Part shown: in pieces, positions 10,382 through 20,342 of the stretch
How the letters are laid out: each line of letters starts with the position of its first letter
Numbering within the stretch: the stretch's first letter is position 1
Origin: Fidelibacterota bacterium
GTDB taxonomy: Bacteria; Fidelibacterota; Marinisomatia; Marinisomatales; TCS55
DNA: 64,000 bases
Assembly (NCBI GenBank): GCA_029938045.1
Contig: JAPYOT010000001.1
Span: 12,457 to 76,456, forward strand
Reading direction: 5' to 3'
Position numbers and translations under genes: made by a program
Notes under the pieces: generated by a model
The model's database searches: none
Told to the model about the DNA's origin: nothing
What the model saw: only the letters and a program-made list of their open reading frames with translations

Positions 10382-10999
10382 ATGGATCAACTTTCTATTT
10401 CAAACTTACCCAATTCAGATTCCAAAATCATTGCTTCCAGCGGTGTTTTCCAAATTGAATTGATAAAACATACAGGAAAAGATGACTTCCCTCAATTGAT
10501 AGAAATATCCAAGTCTTTAGCAAAGGATTATGGTGATAAAGCAATTCTCACCGATGCTACTATTCACAAATATTTTAATAAATCCGGATCTTTACCCTTC
10601 ATTGCCCGATATAGAGATGAAATTATTGGCTACATAATTGGTGTCCCTTTAGAGACGCTTAGTAATGAGCCCTGGGCCCGATTGGATGAAAATTTCGGAA
10701 AGGGAAATACACTTTATACATATGCCTTTGTGATTCAATCGGAGTATAAAGGGAACGGCTACGCCAAAATGTTAAAACGGGTATTTCTGAGTTGGGCAAA
10801 GAAAAAAGATGGGATTAATTTTATCACGGGCCATGTAATCAATGGTGTATCCGCACGATTTACGGGCGATATTCGAATTGTTGACCGCACAGACAACTGG
10901 CAAGGAACCGGCAAAACATTTGAATATTATAGACGGGAAATAGAACCGAGCCAAGATTCTCCTTTGAAAAATAATCCCCCTTTAATTACACGGACTTAA
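10382..10999 (+). CDS. GNAT-family N-acetyltransferase (substrate unknown)
   Basis: Acetyl-CoA-binding motif A-like segment VIQSEYKGNGYAKMLKR. Size fits. The true start may be downstream. Confidence 0.55.
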   Translation: MDQLSISNLPNSDSKIIASSGVFQIELIKHTGKDDFPQLIEISKSLAKDYGDKAILTDATIHKYFNKSGSLPFIARYRDEIIGYIIGVPLETLSNEPWARLDENFGKGNTLYTYAFVIQSEYKGNGYAKMLKRVFLSWAKKKDGINFITGHVINGVSARFTGDIRIVDRTDNWQGTGKTFEYYRREIEPSQDSPLKNNPPLITRT

Positions 11000-12426
11000 T
11001 TCTTTTTTGTCAATAAGCTGACGACCACCAAGGAAACTACCGACAAAGTAATGGCCGGTAATACTTCATCCATATTATTATAAATATTCTTTGGAATAAT
11101 ATTTTGAATAAAGTCCGCCTCTTTCCACAATAACGTGGTGACTGTCCCTGTTAAAATAGAAGCGACTGCCCCTTCTTTTGTCGCCCCCTTCCAGAACAAT
11201 GCTGCCACCAGACTGGGCGTAATGGCTGCACCATAAATAGTATAGGCATAGAGCGCCCTCTCAAAAAATCCAGCTGATTTAGCAAATCCCAATGATACGA
11301 TATAGGCGATAATGCCTAATCCAAGGACAAGCATCCGACTCAAAAATACTATCTTCTTTTCATCAGCGTTCGGATTAATATAATTCAAATAAACATCCCG
11401 CATAAGTGTTGTGGCAGGAACGAGTAAATAACTATCAGCAGTGGAAATAATAATACCCACAATCGTTGTCATCATAATAGCGCCCAGGAATGTGGGTAAT
11501 AGTTTATGAGCTGCATAAATCAAAACATACTTTCCCACTTCTGCATCGGGAATCATACTGGAAGCCACCCAAGCAGAAAAAATAATCATCAATTCCGCAA
11601 GAAGCACTGCGAAGATTAAAACTTTTGTTGCAGATTTTGCCCCCTCTGCAGTCTTGCTAGCAAAAAATCGCTGATACATATTGGCATCACCCATAATAAG
11701 CAGAAAAGGGGGTAGACAAAAATTGATAATATCCATGGTGGAATACACGCCAAAAAAGTTCATGTGCTCCGGTTTACCCATGGCTTCAAATGAAGCCGCC
11801 ATACCGGAGAATCCACCGGCTTGAGCAAGAAATATTGGAATAGCAATTACAAATGAAAAAATGATGATTATGCCATTCGCTACATCTGTATAGGCAACAC
11901 TCACAAGTCCCGCCAACATCGTATATGCTATGATAAAGATGGCTGCAATGATGGTTCCTGTTTGAATACTGATGAGGGAATTACCCGTTTCATCCATTAA
12001 AACTGTATTCAATACAGCACCTCCTGCATTGAATTGATAACTCACAATCACCATGTAGGCAATCACAAGGGCAATGACAGAAAGCATCCTTGCGCCCGGG
12101 CCAAACCGATCTCCTAAAATTTCCGGTACGGTAAATTTTTCAAAAGCCCTTACTTTACCTGCAATTTTTGTGAGCAAGACAATTCCTAAAATACTGCCGA
12201 GGGGAAGAATGAGAGCGGCCATTCCTGTATCGTAAGTTTTTCCCGCATTACCCAAGATAGATCCTGTGCCCATCCATGTGGCTAACATGGTACCCACCAG
12301 TACCCAGGGTGTTAAGGATCGTCCGGCCACAGCAAAATCAGATTGGGTCTTAATTTTACCGGCTTTGTACATACCGATCCCAATCAATGTGAAGAGATAT
12401 AAGAGGATAACGACTAAATGAATCAT
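10996..12426 (-). CDS. Sodium:solute symporter (SSS) family transporter
   Basis: About 13 predicted TM helices. The N-terminal FAVAGRSLTPWVLVGTMLATWMGTGSILG segment is typical of the PutP/PanF/SglT family. Confidence 0.8.
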   Translation of the reverse strand: MIHLVVILLYLFTLIGIGMYKAGKIKTQSDFAVAGRSLTPWVLVGTMLATWMGTGSILGNAGKTYDTGMAALILPLGSILGIVLLTKIAGKVRAFEKFTVPEILGDRFGPGARMLSVIALVIAYMVIVSYQFNAGGAVLNTVLMDETGNSLISIQTGTIIAAIFIIAYTMLAGLVSVAYTDVANGIIIIFSFVIAIPIFLAQAGGFSGMAASFEAMGKPEHMNFFGVYSTMDIINFCLPPFLLIMGDANMYQRFFASKTAEGAKSATKVLIFAVLLAELMIIFSAWVASSMIPDAEVGKYVLIYAAHKLLPTFLGAIMMTTIVGIIISTADSYLLVPATTLMRDVYLNYINPNADEKKIVFLSRMLVLGLGIIAYIVSLGFAKSAGFFERALYAYTIYGAAITPSLVAALFWKGATKEGAVASILTGTVTTLLWKEADFIQNIIPKNIYNNMDEVLPAITLSVVSLVVVSLLTKKN

Positions 12427-12476
12427 ATGTTGCTTCTGACTTGGTTAAGTTGAGGCAATGAAATTAATTTCACACC

Positions 12477-14648
12477 ATGCGAAATACAAGCATCGGCATT
12501 ATTTTAAAACAATTAATTTCCATAACAGTTATAATTGGGCAGATACCATTTCTATGGGGTCAACCCAACCATGATGATCCAAATCAAAAGGAAACATACG
12601 TGAATCGACTAGCAGAATCGTCGAGCCCATATTTACTACAGCATAAAAATAATCCAGTAGATTGGTATCCCTGGGGGGATGAAGCATTTCAAAAAGCAGC
12701 TGAGTTAGACATCCCAATATTTCTATCCATTGGATATTCCACCTGTCATTGGTGCCATGTAATGGCACACGAATCATTCGAGGATGAGCAAGTTGCTCAA
12801 TTATTGAACGAAAATTTTATTTCCATCAAAGTGGATCGGGAAGAACTTCCTGAGATTGATCATGTTTATATGTCCGTTTGCCAAGCCATGACCGGGCGCG
12901 GCGGATGGCCTCTTACCATTATTATGACACCGGATAAGGAACCGTTTTTTGCCGGAACTTATTTTCCCAAAAATGGCCGTTTTGGCCGTCCCGGCATGAT
13001 GGAACTCCTCCCTTCTATCGCCGACGCATGGAAAAACAGGCGGGCTGAATTGGTTCAATCAGCGGAAAAGATTAATGAATACTTAGTAAAATCAAATACA
13101 AAAGAATTAGGAACTCCTTTATCAAAAGCAATATTAAAGGAAACCTATTCCCAATTTGTAAATCGTTATGATAAAAGCCATGGCGGTTTTGGGACACAAC
13201 CTAAATTCCCCTCACCCCATAACTTAGTATATTTGCTTCGATATCATCATATGACTGACGATAAAACAGCACTAAAAATGGTTGAAAAAACATTGCAAGA
13301 AATGCGGTTGGGTGGCATTTTTGATCATGTAGGTTATGGGTTCCACCGCTATGCCACCGATAAAGAATGGCTGGTGCCCCATTTTGAAAAAATGCTTTAT
13401 GATCAGGCTATGTTGGTTATGGCATATACAGAGGCATTTCAAATCACAGGGAAACCCGAATATAAAAAGACTGCTGAAGAAATTTTGACCTATGTACAGC
13501 GGGATATGACCGATGCGAAAGGTGGATTCTACTCCGCTGAAGATGCTGACAGCGAAGGTGAAGAAGGCCTTTTTTATATATGGACCATTCAAGAATTACA
13601 ATCTATTATTGGCGAGGAAGATACCCAATTCATCCAGAATATATTTAATTTGACACCGGAAGGGAATTTCAAGGATGAAGCCTCTGGCCAATTCACAGGT
13701 AAAAATATCTTCCATTTGAAGACACCCATTTCAAATTCAAAAGATCTTAAACAATTCTCACAGATTCGTGAGAAAATATTTCATGTCAGAGAAAAACGAA
13801 TTCACCCTTTAAAAGATGATAAAATACTTACGGATTGGAATGGGTTAATGATTGCAGCTATGGCCAAAGCTGGTGTGGCTTTCCAAGATAATGTGCTTAT
13901 TGAATCCGCTGAAAAAAGTGCAAAGTTTATTTTTAATAATCTCATGGATAAAAATGGAAGATTGCAAAAACGATATCGAAAAGGGAAATCGGGGTTGGAT
14001 GCCCATTTAGATGATTATGCATTTTTTGTCTGGGGTTTGTTAGAACTCTACGAAGCAACATTCAAAATTGAATACCTTAAAAATGCCATTCAGCTAAGTG
14101 ATATCATGGTTTCTGAATTTTGGAATGAATCAAGTGGCGGCTTTTATTTAGGGAGTGATCAAACAGAAAAATTAATTGTTCGCGCTATGACCGGTTACGA
14201 TGGAGCCATTCCATCTGGAAACTCTATTGCTGCCATGAACCTGCTCAAATTGACACGGATCACTGGAGAAATAAAATGGGCAGAAATGGCGGATAAAACA
14301 TTTAAAGTATTTTCAAATGAAATAAATAGAGTACCCTCGGGGTATACTTCTATGGTGACAGCATTCTTATTTGAATATGATCATCCAAAAGAAATTGTTG
14401 TTGTGGGATCCGGGAGTGATCCTGCCACGCAGGATGCCCTAACCAGAATGAAGTCCGAATATATTCCGGGGAAAATTCTTCTTTTTAAAGACACCGATCA
14501 ATTATCCCCAAGCCTTTCTCCTTTGGCAAAATGGACGGCGACTCAAGAAATGATTGGTGACAAAGTTACATTTTATGTTTGCCAAGATTTTGCCTGTAAA
14601 ATACCAACAACCGATATTAAAGAAGCATTAACATTCATCCATGAGTAA
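12477..14648 (+). CDS. Thioredoxin-domain protein, DUF255/YyaL (SSP411-like) with (alpha/alpha)6 C-terminal domain
   Basis: [22 protein letters not shown] and [18 protein letters not shown] are hallmark DUF255 motifs. Length is 723 aa. The N-terminus has a hydrophobic signal-like segment. Confidence 0.85.
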   Translation: MRNTSIGIILKQLISITVIIGQIPFLWGQPNHDDPNQKETYVNRLAESSSPYLLQHKNNPVDWYPWGDEAFQKAAELDIPIFLSIGYSTCHWCHVMAHESFEDEQVAQLLNENFISIKVDREELPEIDHVYMSVCQAMTGRGGWPLTIIMTPDKEPFFAGTYFPKNGRFGRPGMMELLPSIADAWKNRRAELVQSAEKINEYLVKSNTKELGTPLSKAILKETYSQFVNRYDKSHGGFGTQPKFPSPHNLVYLLRYHHMTDDKTALKMVEKTLQEMRLGGIFDHVGYGFHRYATDKEWLVPHFEKMLYDQAMLVMAYTEAFQITGKPEYKKTAEEILTYVQRDMTDAKGGFYSAEDADSEGEEGLFYIWTIQELQSIIGEEDTQFIQNIFNLTPEGNFKDEASGQFTGKNIFHLKTPISNSKDLKQFSQIREKIFHVREKRIHPLKDDKILTDWNGLMIAAMAKAGVAFQDNVLIESAEKSAKFIFNNLMDKNGRLQKRYRKGKSGLDAHLDDYAFFVWGLLELYEATFKIEYLKNAIQLSDIMVSEFWNESSGGFYLGSDQTEKLIVRAMTGYDGAIPSGNSIAAMNLLKLTRITGEIKWAEMADKTFKVFSNEINRVPSGYTSMVTAFLFEYDHPKEIVVVGSGSDPATQDALTRMKSEYIPGKILLFKDTDQLSPSLSPLAKWTATQEMIGDKVTFYVCQDFACKIPTTDIKEALTFIHE

Positions 14649-14850
14649 ACCATTATCAAAACGTGTGGGAGAATTATTTGCTCACATTCAAGATTTATTC
14701 GATACTGTGGCTCATTCGGCCATTCAGCGTGTTGATGAAAAAGGTGGAAAGAAAAATAGACTATTGGGCTTTTTTTCTTCAGCCGGTGATGCTTATTTTA
14801 GCAAATACAATGAAATCAAAAAACGGAAAGAATCCAACATGGATTCTTAA
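14641..14850 (+). CDS. Small hypothetical protein (69 aa), translationally coupled to the upstream gene
   Basis: The ATG overlaps the upstream stop (ATGAGTAA). The product is basic and helical-looking, with no recognisable family. A second overlapping ORF (14663-14854) in another frame is less plausible. Confidence 0.35.
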   Translation: MSKPLSKRVGELFAHIQDLFDTVAHSAIQRVDEKGGKKNRLLGFFSSAGDAYFSKYNEIKKRKESNMDS

Positions 14851-14869
14851 ATAACATAAAAGAGTAAAC

Positions 14870-16147
14870 ATGAAACTTGAATTACACTGGAAAATTATTA
14901 TTGGGCTTGTACTTGGACTCATTTTTGGCGTTCTCGCCGCAGCAAATGGTTGGGGCGGATTTACAACAAACTGGATAGCACCATTCGGTAAAATATTTAT
15001 AAATCTGTTAAAATTGATTGCCGTACCACTGGTTTTATCTTCATTAATTACCGGAGTCGCTTCCCTTTCGGACTTAAAAAAATTGTCACGAATTGGTGGT
15101 AAAACAATTACAATTTATATAGTAACTACTGCCATTTCTGTTACTATCGGTTTAGTTTCTGTAAACCTATTAAAACCTGGCGACACCGTACCTGAGGATA
15201 TGAAGGTAAAGCTTCAAGAAACCTACAAATCCGCAGCATCTGGAAAATTAGAAGCTGCCGACCAAATAAAAGAGCGAAGACCGCTTCAACCTATCGTAGA
15301 TATGGTTCCCAGTAATTTCTTTAGTTCTGCTTCGAATAATAGAAATATGCTTCAGGTTGTTTTTGTGGCTATAATCATAGGCATAGCCCTTATTCAAATA
15401 CCCAAAAACAAGGCAAGGCCTGTATTAGATTTTATGGAAGGGATTAACGATCTTGTCATTAAACTGGTTGATAATATTATGCTCATGGCACCCATTGGCG
15501 TATTTGCACTCATTGCCGATACCATTACCTCCGTTGCAGGAGATAATCTCAACAATGTATTAGAATTGCTTAGTGCCCTTGGGTTTTATATGCTGGCGGT
15601 GATTATCGGATTGATCTTTCATATGGTGTTCACCTATACAGCCGTGTTAAAAATCTTTTCAAATATGTCATTAAAAAAGTTTTACCAAGGAATCGCCCCA
15701 GCCCAATTATTGGCATTCTCTACCAGTTCCAGTGGAGCCACACTACCCGTTACAATGGAAAGGTGTGAAGAAGAGCTAGGCGTTTCCGAAGAGGTCTCCT
15801 CATTTGTCCTTCCCCTTGGGGCGACGATTAACATGGATGGCACCGCCCTTTATCAGGCAGTTGCTGCTGTATTTATCGCCCAAACGTTGGGAATGGACCT
15901 CACCCTCGGCGCACAACTTACCATTGTACTTACAGCTGTTCTGGCATCAATCGGTACGGCTGCTGTACCGGGCGCAGGAATTATTATGCTAATTATTATC
16001 CTGGAAGCCATTGGAGTCCCCAGTGCAGGGATTGCTCTCATTTTAGGTGTAGATCGAATTTTAGACATGATGCGGACCGTAACCAACGTCACAGGAGATG
16101 CAAGCGTGGCTGTAGCTGTGGCGTCTAGTGAAGGTCAAATCTCTTAG
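14870..16147 (+). CDS. Dicarboxylate/amino acid:cation symporter (DAACS, GltP/GltT-like)
   Basis: SSSGATLPVTM and NMDGTALYQAVAAVFIAQ hallmark motifs. Multi-TM protein. Confidence 0.9.
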   Translation: MKLELHWKIIIGLVLGLIFGVLAAANGWGGFTTNWIAPFGKIFINLLKLIAVPLVLSSLITGVASLSDLKKLSRIGGKTITIYIVTTAISVTIGLVSVNLLKPGDTVPEDMKVKLQETYKSAASGKLEAADQIKERRPLQPIVDMVPSNFFSSASNNRNMLQVVFVAIIIGIALIQIPKNKARPVLDFMEGINDLVIKLVDNIMLMAPIGVFALIADTITSVAGDNLNNVLELLSALGFYMLAVIIGLIFHMVFTYTAVLKIFSNMSLKKFYQGIAPAQLLAFSTSSSGATLPVTMERCEEELGVSEEVSSFVLPLGATINMDGTALYQAVAAVFIAQTLGMDLTLGAQLTIVLTAVLASIGTAAVPGAGIIMLIIILEAIGVPSAGIALILGVDRILDMMRTVTNVTGDASVAVAVASSEGQIS

Positions 16148-16212
16148 AAAAAATATTTCAACTATTCTTGAAACATATAAAATAATTCCTGTAAACTTGG
16201 AGAGCTATTTTA

Positions 16213-16397
16213 GAATTCTTACTTCAGTCATTGAATTTCAGGATCTTCAAGAAATAATCCTTGAGATAATCTTCTGAAGTCAAAAAACAGGCCTTTTCTG
16301 TTTCGATTTATCGTGATGGGATGAAGGAAGTTTGCTGAAAACAGAGACCTCTACCGTGAATACACGGATCCTGAAATCGGGTCTGAAGTAAGAGCAT
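16213..16397 (+). ncRNA. Structured intergenic RNA candidate with a rod-like closing helix (6S RNA-like); strand assignment tentative
   Basis: Read directly from the DNA. 16217-16227 TCTTACTTCAG pairs perfectly with 16383-16393 CTGAAGTAAGA. 16235-16246 ATTTCAGGATCT pairs with 16366-16377 GGATCCTGAAAT. Together they enclose ~120 nt that contains the local hairpin AAACAG-GCCTTTT-CTGTTT (about 16285-16303). An intrinsic terminator follows immediately. The element sits between convergent genes. Confidence 0.4.
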
Positions 16398-16398
16398 T

Positions 16399-16428
16399 AA
16401 AAAACCCCTGAATATTCAGGGGTTTTTT
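16399..16428. terminator. Bidirectional Rho-independent terminator (hflX on the minus strand; ncRNA/DAACS transcript on the plus strand)
   Basis: AAAAAA-CCCCTGAATATTCAGGGG-TTTTTT is a perfect palindromic stem flanked by A- and T-runs. The hflX stop codon (16427-16429) lies within the T-run. Confidence 0.8.
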
Positions 16429-17674
16429 ATTTCAATAAGGATGACTGGATTTGATTTATTCGCCATCGAGCACCTTTTATTTTTAACCGGACACAATCAT
16501 CATCGTAGTTCCGTTCTAACACATCAACCCCTTCTTGTGCCAAAGCCATTTTCTTAGAATCTTGGTAGGAAAACTGAAGGTCAACAATTTGATAATTTTC
16601 ATCTATGATTTCAATTATTCTTTGGGAGAGTATTTCGATACGTAGATTGTTTAATGCGGAAACAAAAATACTATCAGCAAATCTTCTTTTTAAAAAGTGA
16701 ATGTGTTCATCAGCTTCATCACGATCAATTTTATTCAACACGATTTGGATCTGATGTCTATCAGCACCCAAATCTTTTAATACCTCCATGATGGTTTGAT
16801 AATGATCCTCAACCTGACCGCTGGATGCATCCAAAATCAATAAAATTAAATCCGAATCAACAACTTCTTTTAATGTACTCCGAAAACTTGCAACCAAATG
16901 ATGGGGCAGTTTCCGAACAAACCCTACCGTATCACTCAACAATATAGTGTGAGAGCTATCTAACTCAACCGACCGCACCGTCGTATCCAACGTTGCAAAA
17001 AGCTGATCTTGAATAAACACATCTGCACCTGAAATCGCCTTCATTAAGGTGGATTTACCTGCATTGGTGTAACCCACCAATGCAACTTTAAATTGATTTT
17101 TTCGGCGTTTACTTTGGGTATTTCTTTCCCGTTTTATTTTCTCTAATTCCCGCTTTAATTTTGAAATGCGGGTTCGAATAAGGCGGCGATCCACCTCGAT
17201 TTGAGTCTCTCCTGCACCGGCACGTGTTCCAATACCACCCATTTGCCTTTCTAAATGAGTCCACGCCCGAGTGAGTCGCGGCAACATATATTCTAATTGT
17301 GCCAATTCAACCTGTGTCTTTGCCTCTTTTGTTTGGGCGTGCTGTCTAAAAATATCTAGAATCAATCCACTGCGATCAATCACTTTTACTTCTTCTGTAA
17401 AATTACTATAATTCTTAATCTGTCCTGGACTGAGTTCATCATCAAAAATAATAAGCGAAACACCCAACTCTTTTGCCTGGTTGATAAGCTGTTCTGCCTT
17501 TCCAGATCCGATAAATAATGATGGATTAATTCGCTTTAAATTTTGGGTAACATTTCCCACCACTTCTGCACCTGCAGTCTCCGCCAATAATTGTAATTCC
17601 TCCAAATGTTCATCAACAATTTTTTGATTCAATTCACCATAGATCACACCCACAAGGAGTGCTCTTTCTTTCAT
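16427..17674 (-). CDS. hflX: GTPase HflX
   Basis: G1 GYTNAGKST, G3 DTVGF, G4 NKID, plus the HflX N-terminal domain. I chose the start at MKERALLVGV. The longer ORF to 17788 overlaps the upstream gene's 3' end. Confidence 0.9.
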   Translation of the reverse strand: MKERALLVGVIYGELNQKIVDEHLEELQLLAETAGAEVVGNVTQNLKRINPSLFIGSGKAEQLINQAKELGVSLIIFDDELSPGQIKNYSNFTEEVKVIDRSGLILDIFRQHAQTKEAKTQVELAQLEYMLPRLTRAWTHLERQMGGIGTRAGAGETQIEVDRRLIRTRISKLKRELEKIKRERNTQSKRRKNQFKVALVGYTNAGKSTLMKAISGADVFIQDQLFATLDTTVRSVELDSSHTILLSDTVGFVRKLPHHLVASFRSTLKEVVDSDLILLILDASSGQVEDHYQTIMEVLKDLGADRHQIQIVLNKIDRDEADEHIHFLKRRFADSIFVSALNNLRIEILSQRIIEIIDENYQIVDLQFSYQDSKKMALAQEGVDVLERNYDDDCVRLKIKGARWRINQIQSSLLK

Positions 17675-17694
17675 TTTTATTTCAGAATTTTCTA

Positions 17695-19749
17695 TCAAGA
17701 GTGCACCTTGATTTCTTCGGTCCGCATACGGCTTAAATATGATTCTAACATCAAAAAGGCAATAGCTAAAATTAAAAACGTTCGCCATAATGCTTTGCCC
17801 TGTCTATGGGAAGAGATGATTTCTTTTACATCGGATCCTGGGTGTACCCATACTGACCGACTTTTCCCCAGAATTGAAATAACTTGATCCTCTCGAGCAC
17901 GCAAACTTGGTTTTTCAAATGGAGATAATTTCGAAGAAAATGCCGTATAAAACTCATCGCCTGCGAATACTTCGTATGAACCTAATTCTTGAATATTATT
18001 GATAATAAGTTCTTCACGATTATAATCTGGGACCAAAAGAATTCTATTCTCAGAGGGTGTTATTAAAGACCATTTTTTATTGATGAGTGCTTTATTTATT
18101 TTTATATATTTTTCCTGTCCTACTTCTACCATGGAGGTATTGATTTCGTTTGTTGCAGACAATATCAGAAGTCGATGTATTAATGGTATGAGGAGACCCT
18201 TCATGCCAAAATCATTCCACCGGAGGTCTAAGGGTGACGTAAAATAATAAATTTGACTTCCTGAGTGAGGTATCTCTAAAAAGAACGAATCATCATTATT
18301 TAATGTTAAAATATTTTTATGGCCTATTTGGTTTTCAATCTTGTTATACCTATAGATCTGGGGAAGCGCCGATGATAAATCTCTCAAATTTAATTCCTGT
18401 AAAATGGGATTATCTCTATCGATCACATCAACAGAAAAATAAGACTCACCTGTCACGTGAACTGTTTCTATAAATTTAGGTAACTTTAAATTAGCCTGGG
18501 TTATAGAGGATAGATCTGCATAATTTTCACCTGAAAACCACAAAATACTGCCGCCTTCACTTAAAAAACGTTTCATAGATTCGATGGCTGATGGTGATAA
18601 ATGTTTCGGGTCTTGAAGAATCAATACATCCGTTTCATCCAAATATATCCGATGAATTCCATCCATCACTTTTAATTCAATATCCAGAAACCGATCTTTC
18701 CCGCTAATGGATTCTAATACGGTTTTCAGCATAAATAAATCATCCTGGGAATTTGCAATCACTTTGCATGAAATTTGTTCAGGGATGGTCAATTCAAATG
18801 TTTGGGTATCATCAAAATAATAGTCATCTCTTGGAATAACTAATTTTCCTCGAACTACACCACTTTTTCCCGGGTATACCTGAAATAAAAATTCCTTACT
18901 TCTCTGGGGCTGAAAATGAGACACAATTTGTCCAACGCGTTCTTCATTTATATATAATTCCACGGGAACATTACGTCTCTCAATTGGTCCCATATTTTCG
19001 ATTTTTGTAGTGAGCTTTAATAGGTGGTTTGGTAGCTTAATTTGACTGATAGCGGAAATATGGGAGATAGACACATTATCTGCCATCGATTCTTGGCCGA
19101 TGAAATAAAATTGCCAACCATTAAAATCTGTTTTGAAATTTGATGGTGGTGCGATGGGAAAATCACTTAAAATATAACATTCTCTATTACCCGATGCATC
19201 TGTAACAGATTTCAATACCGAATCCACCACAGACCAGATTTTATCTCTACCGACAGCCTGTGAAATATTCCATATTGCAGGATTAATCGACATCCCTCTT
19301 TCTATAATTCCATCATATAATTGTTTGACTGGTGTTGTTTGATAAACATGAAGATTGACCAAACCGTTGAAACCTGAAACGATATTGGGTAATTCAGCTT
19401 TCACTTTGTCGAGATATGTATGACGATCATTCGTAACAGCCATGCTCGCCGAATTATCAATGATAATGACAGCAGTTGATTCATTTTCACTCGGAATCCA
19501 TAGGGAATCATTCATTAGAATCGGACCAGAAACCATCAATACCAATGCGGAAATGATACCCATCCGTAGTACGATTAAAATCCATTGTCTGATTTTTAAT
19601 TTCCGAATGGTTTCGTGTTCTAATGCCTTAATATGACGAATGGTAGAAAAATCAACCGTTTTTGTATGGCGAAGACTAATCAAGTGTATGATAATAGGTA
19701 GTGATACGCCTATCAGTCCCCATAATACAGCCGGAAATAAAAATGACAT
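17695..19749 (-). CDS. BatA-N (aerotolerance regulator N-terminal, double-TM) domain protein with vWA-like segment and C-terminal TM anchor
   Basis: The N-terminus MSFLFPAVLWGLIGVSLPIIIHL..R matches the BatA_N double-transmembrane signature. VIIIDNSASM is a vWA/MIDAS-like DxSxS motif. The C-terminal hydrophobic helix is LWRTFLILAIAFLML. Confidence 0.7.
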   Translation of the reverse strand: MSFLFPAVLWGLIGVSLPIIIHLISLRHTKTVDFSTIRHIKALEHETIRKLKIRQWILIVLRMGIISALVLMVSGPILMNDSLWIPSENESTAVIIIDNSASMAVTNDRHTYLDKVKAELPNIVSGFNGLVNLHVYQTTPVKQLYDGIIERGMSINPAIWNISQAVGRDKIWSVVDSVLKSVTDASGNRECYILSDFPIAPPSNFKTDFNGWQFYFIGQESMADNVSISHISAISQIKLPNHLLKLTTKIENMGPIERRNVPVELYINEERVGQIVSHFQPQRSKEFLFQVYPGKSGVVRGKLVIPRDDYYFDDTQTFELTIPEQISCKVIANSQDDLFMLKTVLESISGKDRFLDIELKVMDGIHRIYLDETDVLILQDPKHLSPSAIESMKRFLSEGGSILWFSGENYADLSSITQANLKLPKFIETVHVTGESYFSVDVIDRDNPILQELNLRDLSSALPQIYRYNKIENQIGHKNILTLNNDDSFFLEIPHSGSQIYYFTSPLDLRWNDFGMKGLLIPLIHRLLILSATNEINTSMVEVGQEKYIKINKALINKKWSLITPSENRILLVPDYNREELIINNIQELGSYEVFAGDEFYTAFSSKLSPFEKPSLRAREDQVISILGKSRSVWVHPGSDVKEIISSHRQGKALWRTFLILAIAFLMLESYLSRMRTEEIKVHS

Positions 19750-20342
19750 TAGATGGGTGTAGAGAGCATCATCATGATTGCGCCTGCCCCTAATGGAATT
19801 TTAAAATTGTCGTCCAGTGGTATCGGCAAAATTTCCATGACCATTGCCGCAACGGCACCACTCAAAGAAATGGTCATGGGCAATGTTGTTACCAATGAAT
19901 AAATTATTCCAATAATAATACAGACGAACAAACCACCGAAAAATCCCTCCCAAGTTTTATTCCAAATTTTATGTTTTCCATATCGTTGACCAATTAACCC
20001 CGCCGCACTGTCTCCAAGACTCATAAAAATAAGTGCAATAATAGCGACTGGTTTTGAAAATAATATAATGGAAATAACCGCACCAATCATCACCCATGTG
20101 GCGCCAGTTAGTTTACCTTCCTGTTCATGACTCCTGAGCATCGAGTCAATAAACAAACTAAACAATGACTTTACCCACGCTACTTTATGACGCAAAATAT
20201 CAAATATGATGAAAAGAACCATCAGTATAGATAATAATTTCACAAATACCCATTTTTCTGGAAAAACATAAAGATAACCAAAAGGAATTGCCAGATTAAA
20301 TAAGTGAATTAATTTTCTTTTATATTCGCTTAATGGTATCAT
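19749..20342 (-). CDS. CTP-dependent polyprenol/diacylglycerol kinase or CdsA-like cytidylyltransferase family membrane protein
   Basis: Six to seven TM helices with SLGDSAAGLIGQRYGKHK, a motif typical of the CTP_transf_1/dolichol-kinase superfamily. Confidence 0.65.
   Translation of the reverse strand: MIPLSEYKRKLIHLFNLAIPFGYLYVFPEKWVFVKLLSILMVLFIIFDILRHKVAWVKSLFSLFIDSMLRSHEQEGKLTGATWVMIGAVISIILFSKPVAIIALIFMSLGDSAAGLIGQRYGKHKIWNKTWEGFFGGLFVCIIIGIIYSLVTTLPMTISLSGAVAAMVMEILPIPLDDNFKIPLGAGAIMMMLSTPI

Noticed and set aside
16213-16397. SRP (4.5S) RNA, tmRNA or RNase P RNA as the identity of the structured intergenic element
   Set aside because: No GGAA-tetraloop/AGCAGC domain IV motif of SRP RNA is present. 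There is no tRNA-like acceptor end or tag ORF for tmRNA. The element is far too short for RNase P RNA. Only the 6S-like rod or a MITE remain plausible.
17675-17788. N-terminal 38-aa extension of hflX in the ORF track. The same issue applies to htrA (1772-1864), the histidine kinase (25502-25531), holA (45269-45298) and the LpoA-like gene (48646-48672).
   Set aside because: The extensions overlap the 3' end of the upstream gene and add non-conserved residues ahead of a Met that begins the recognisable domain or signal peptide. Internal starts are preferred.
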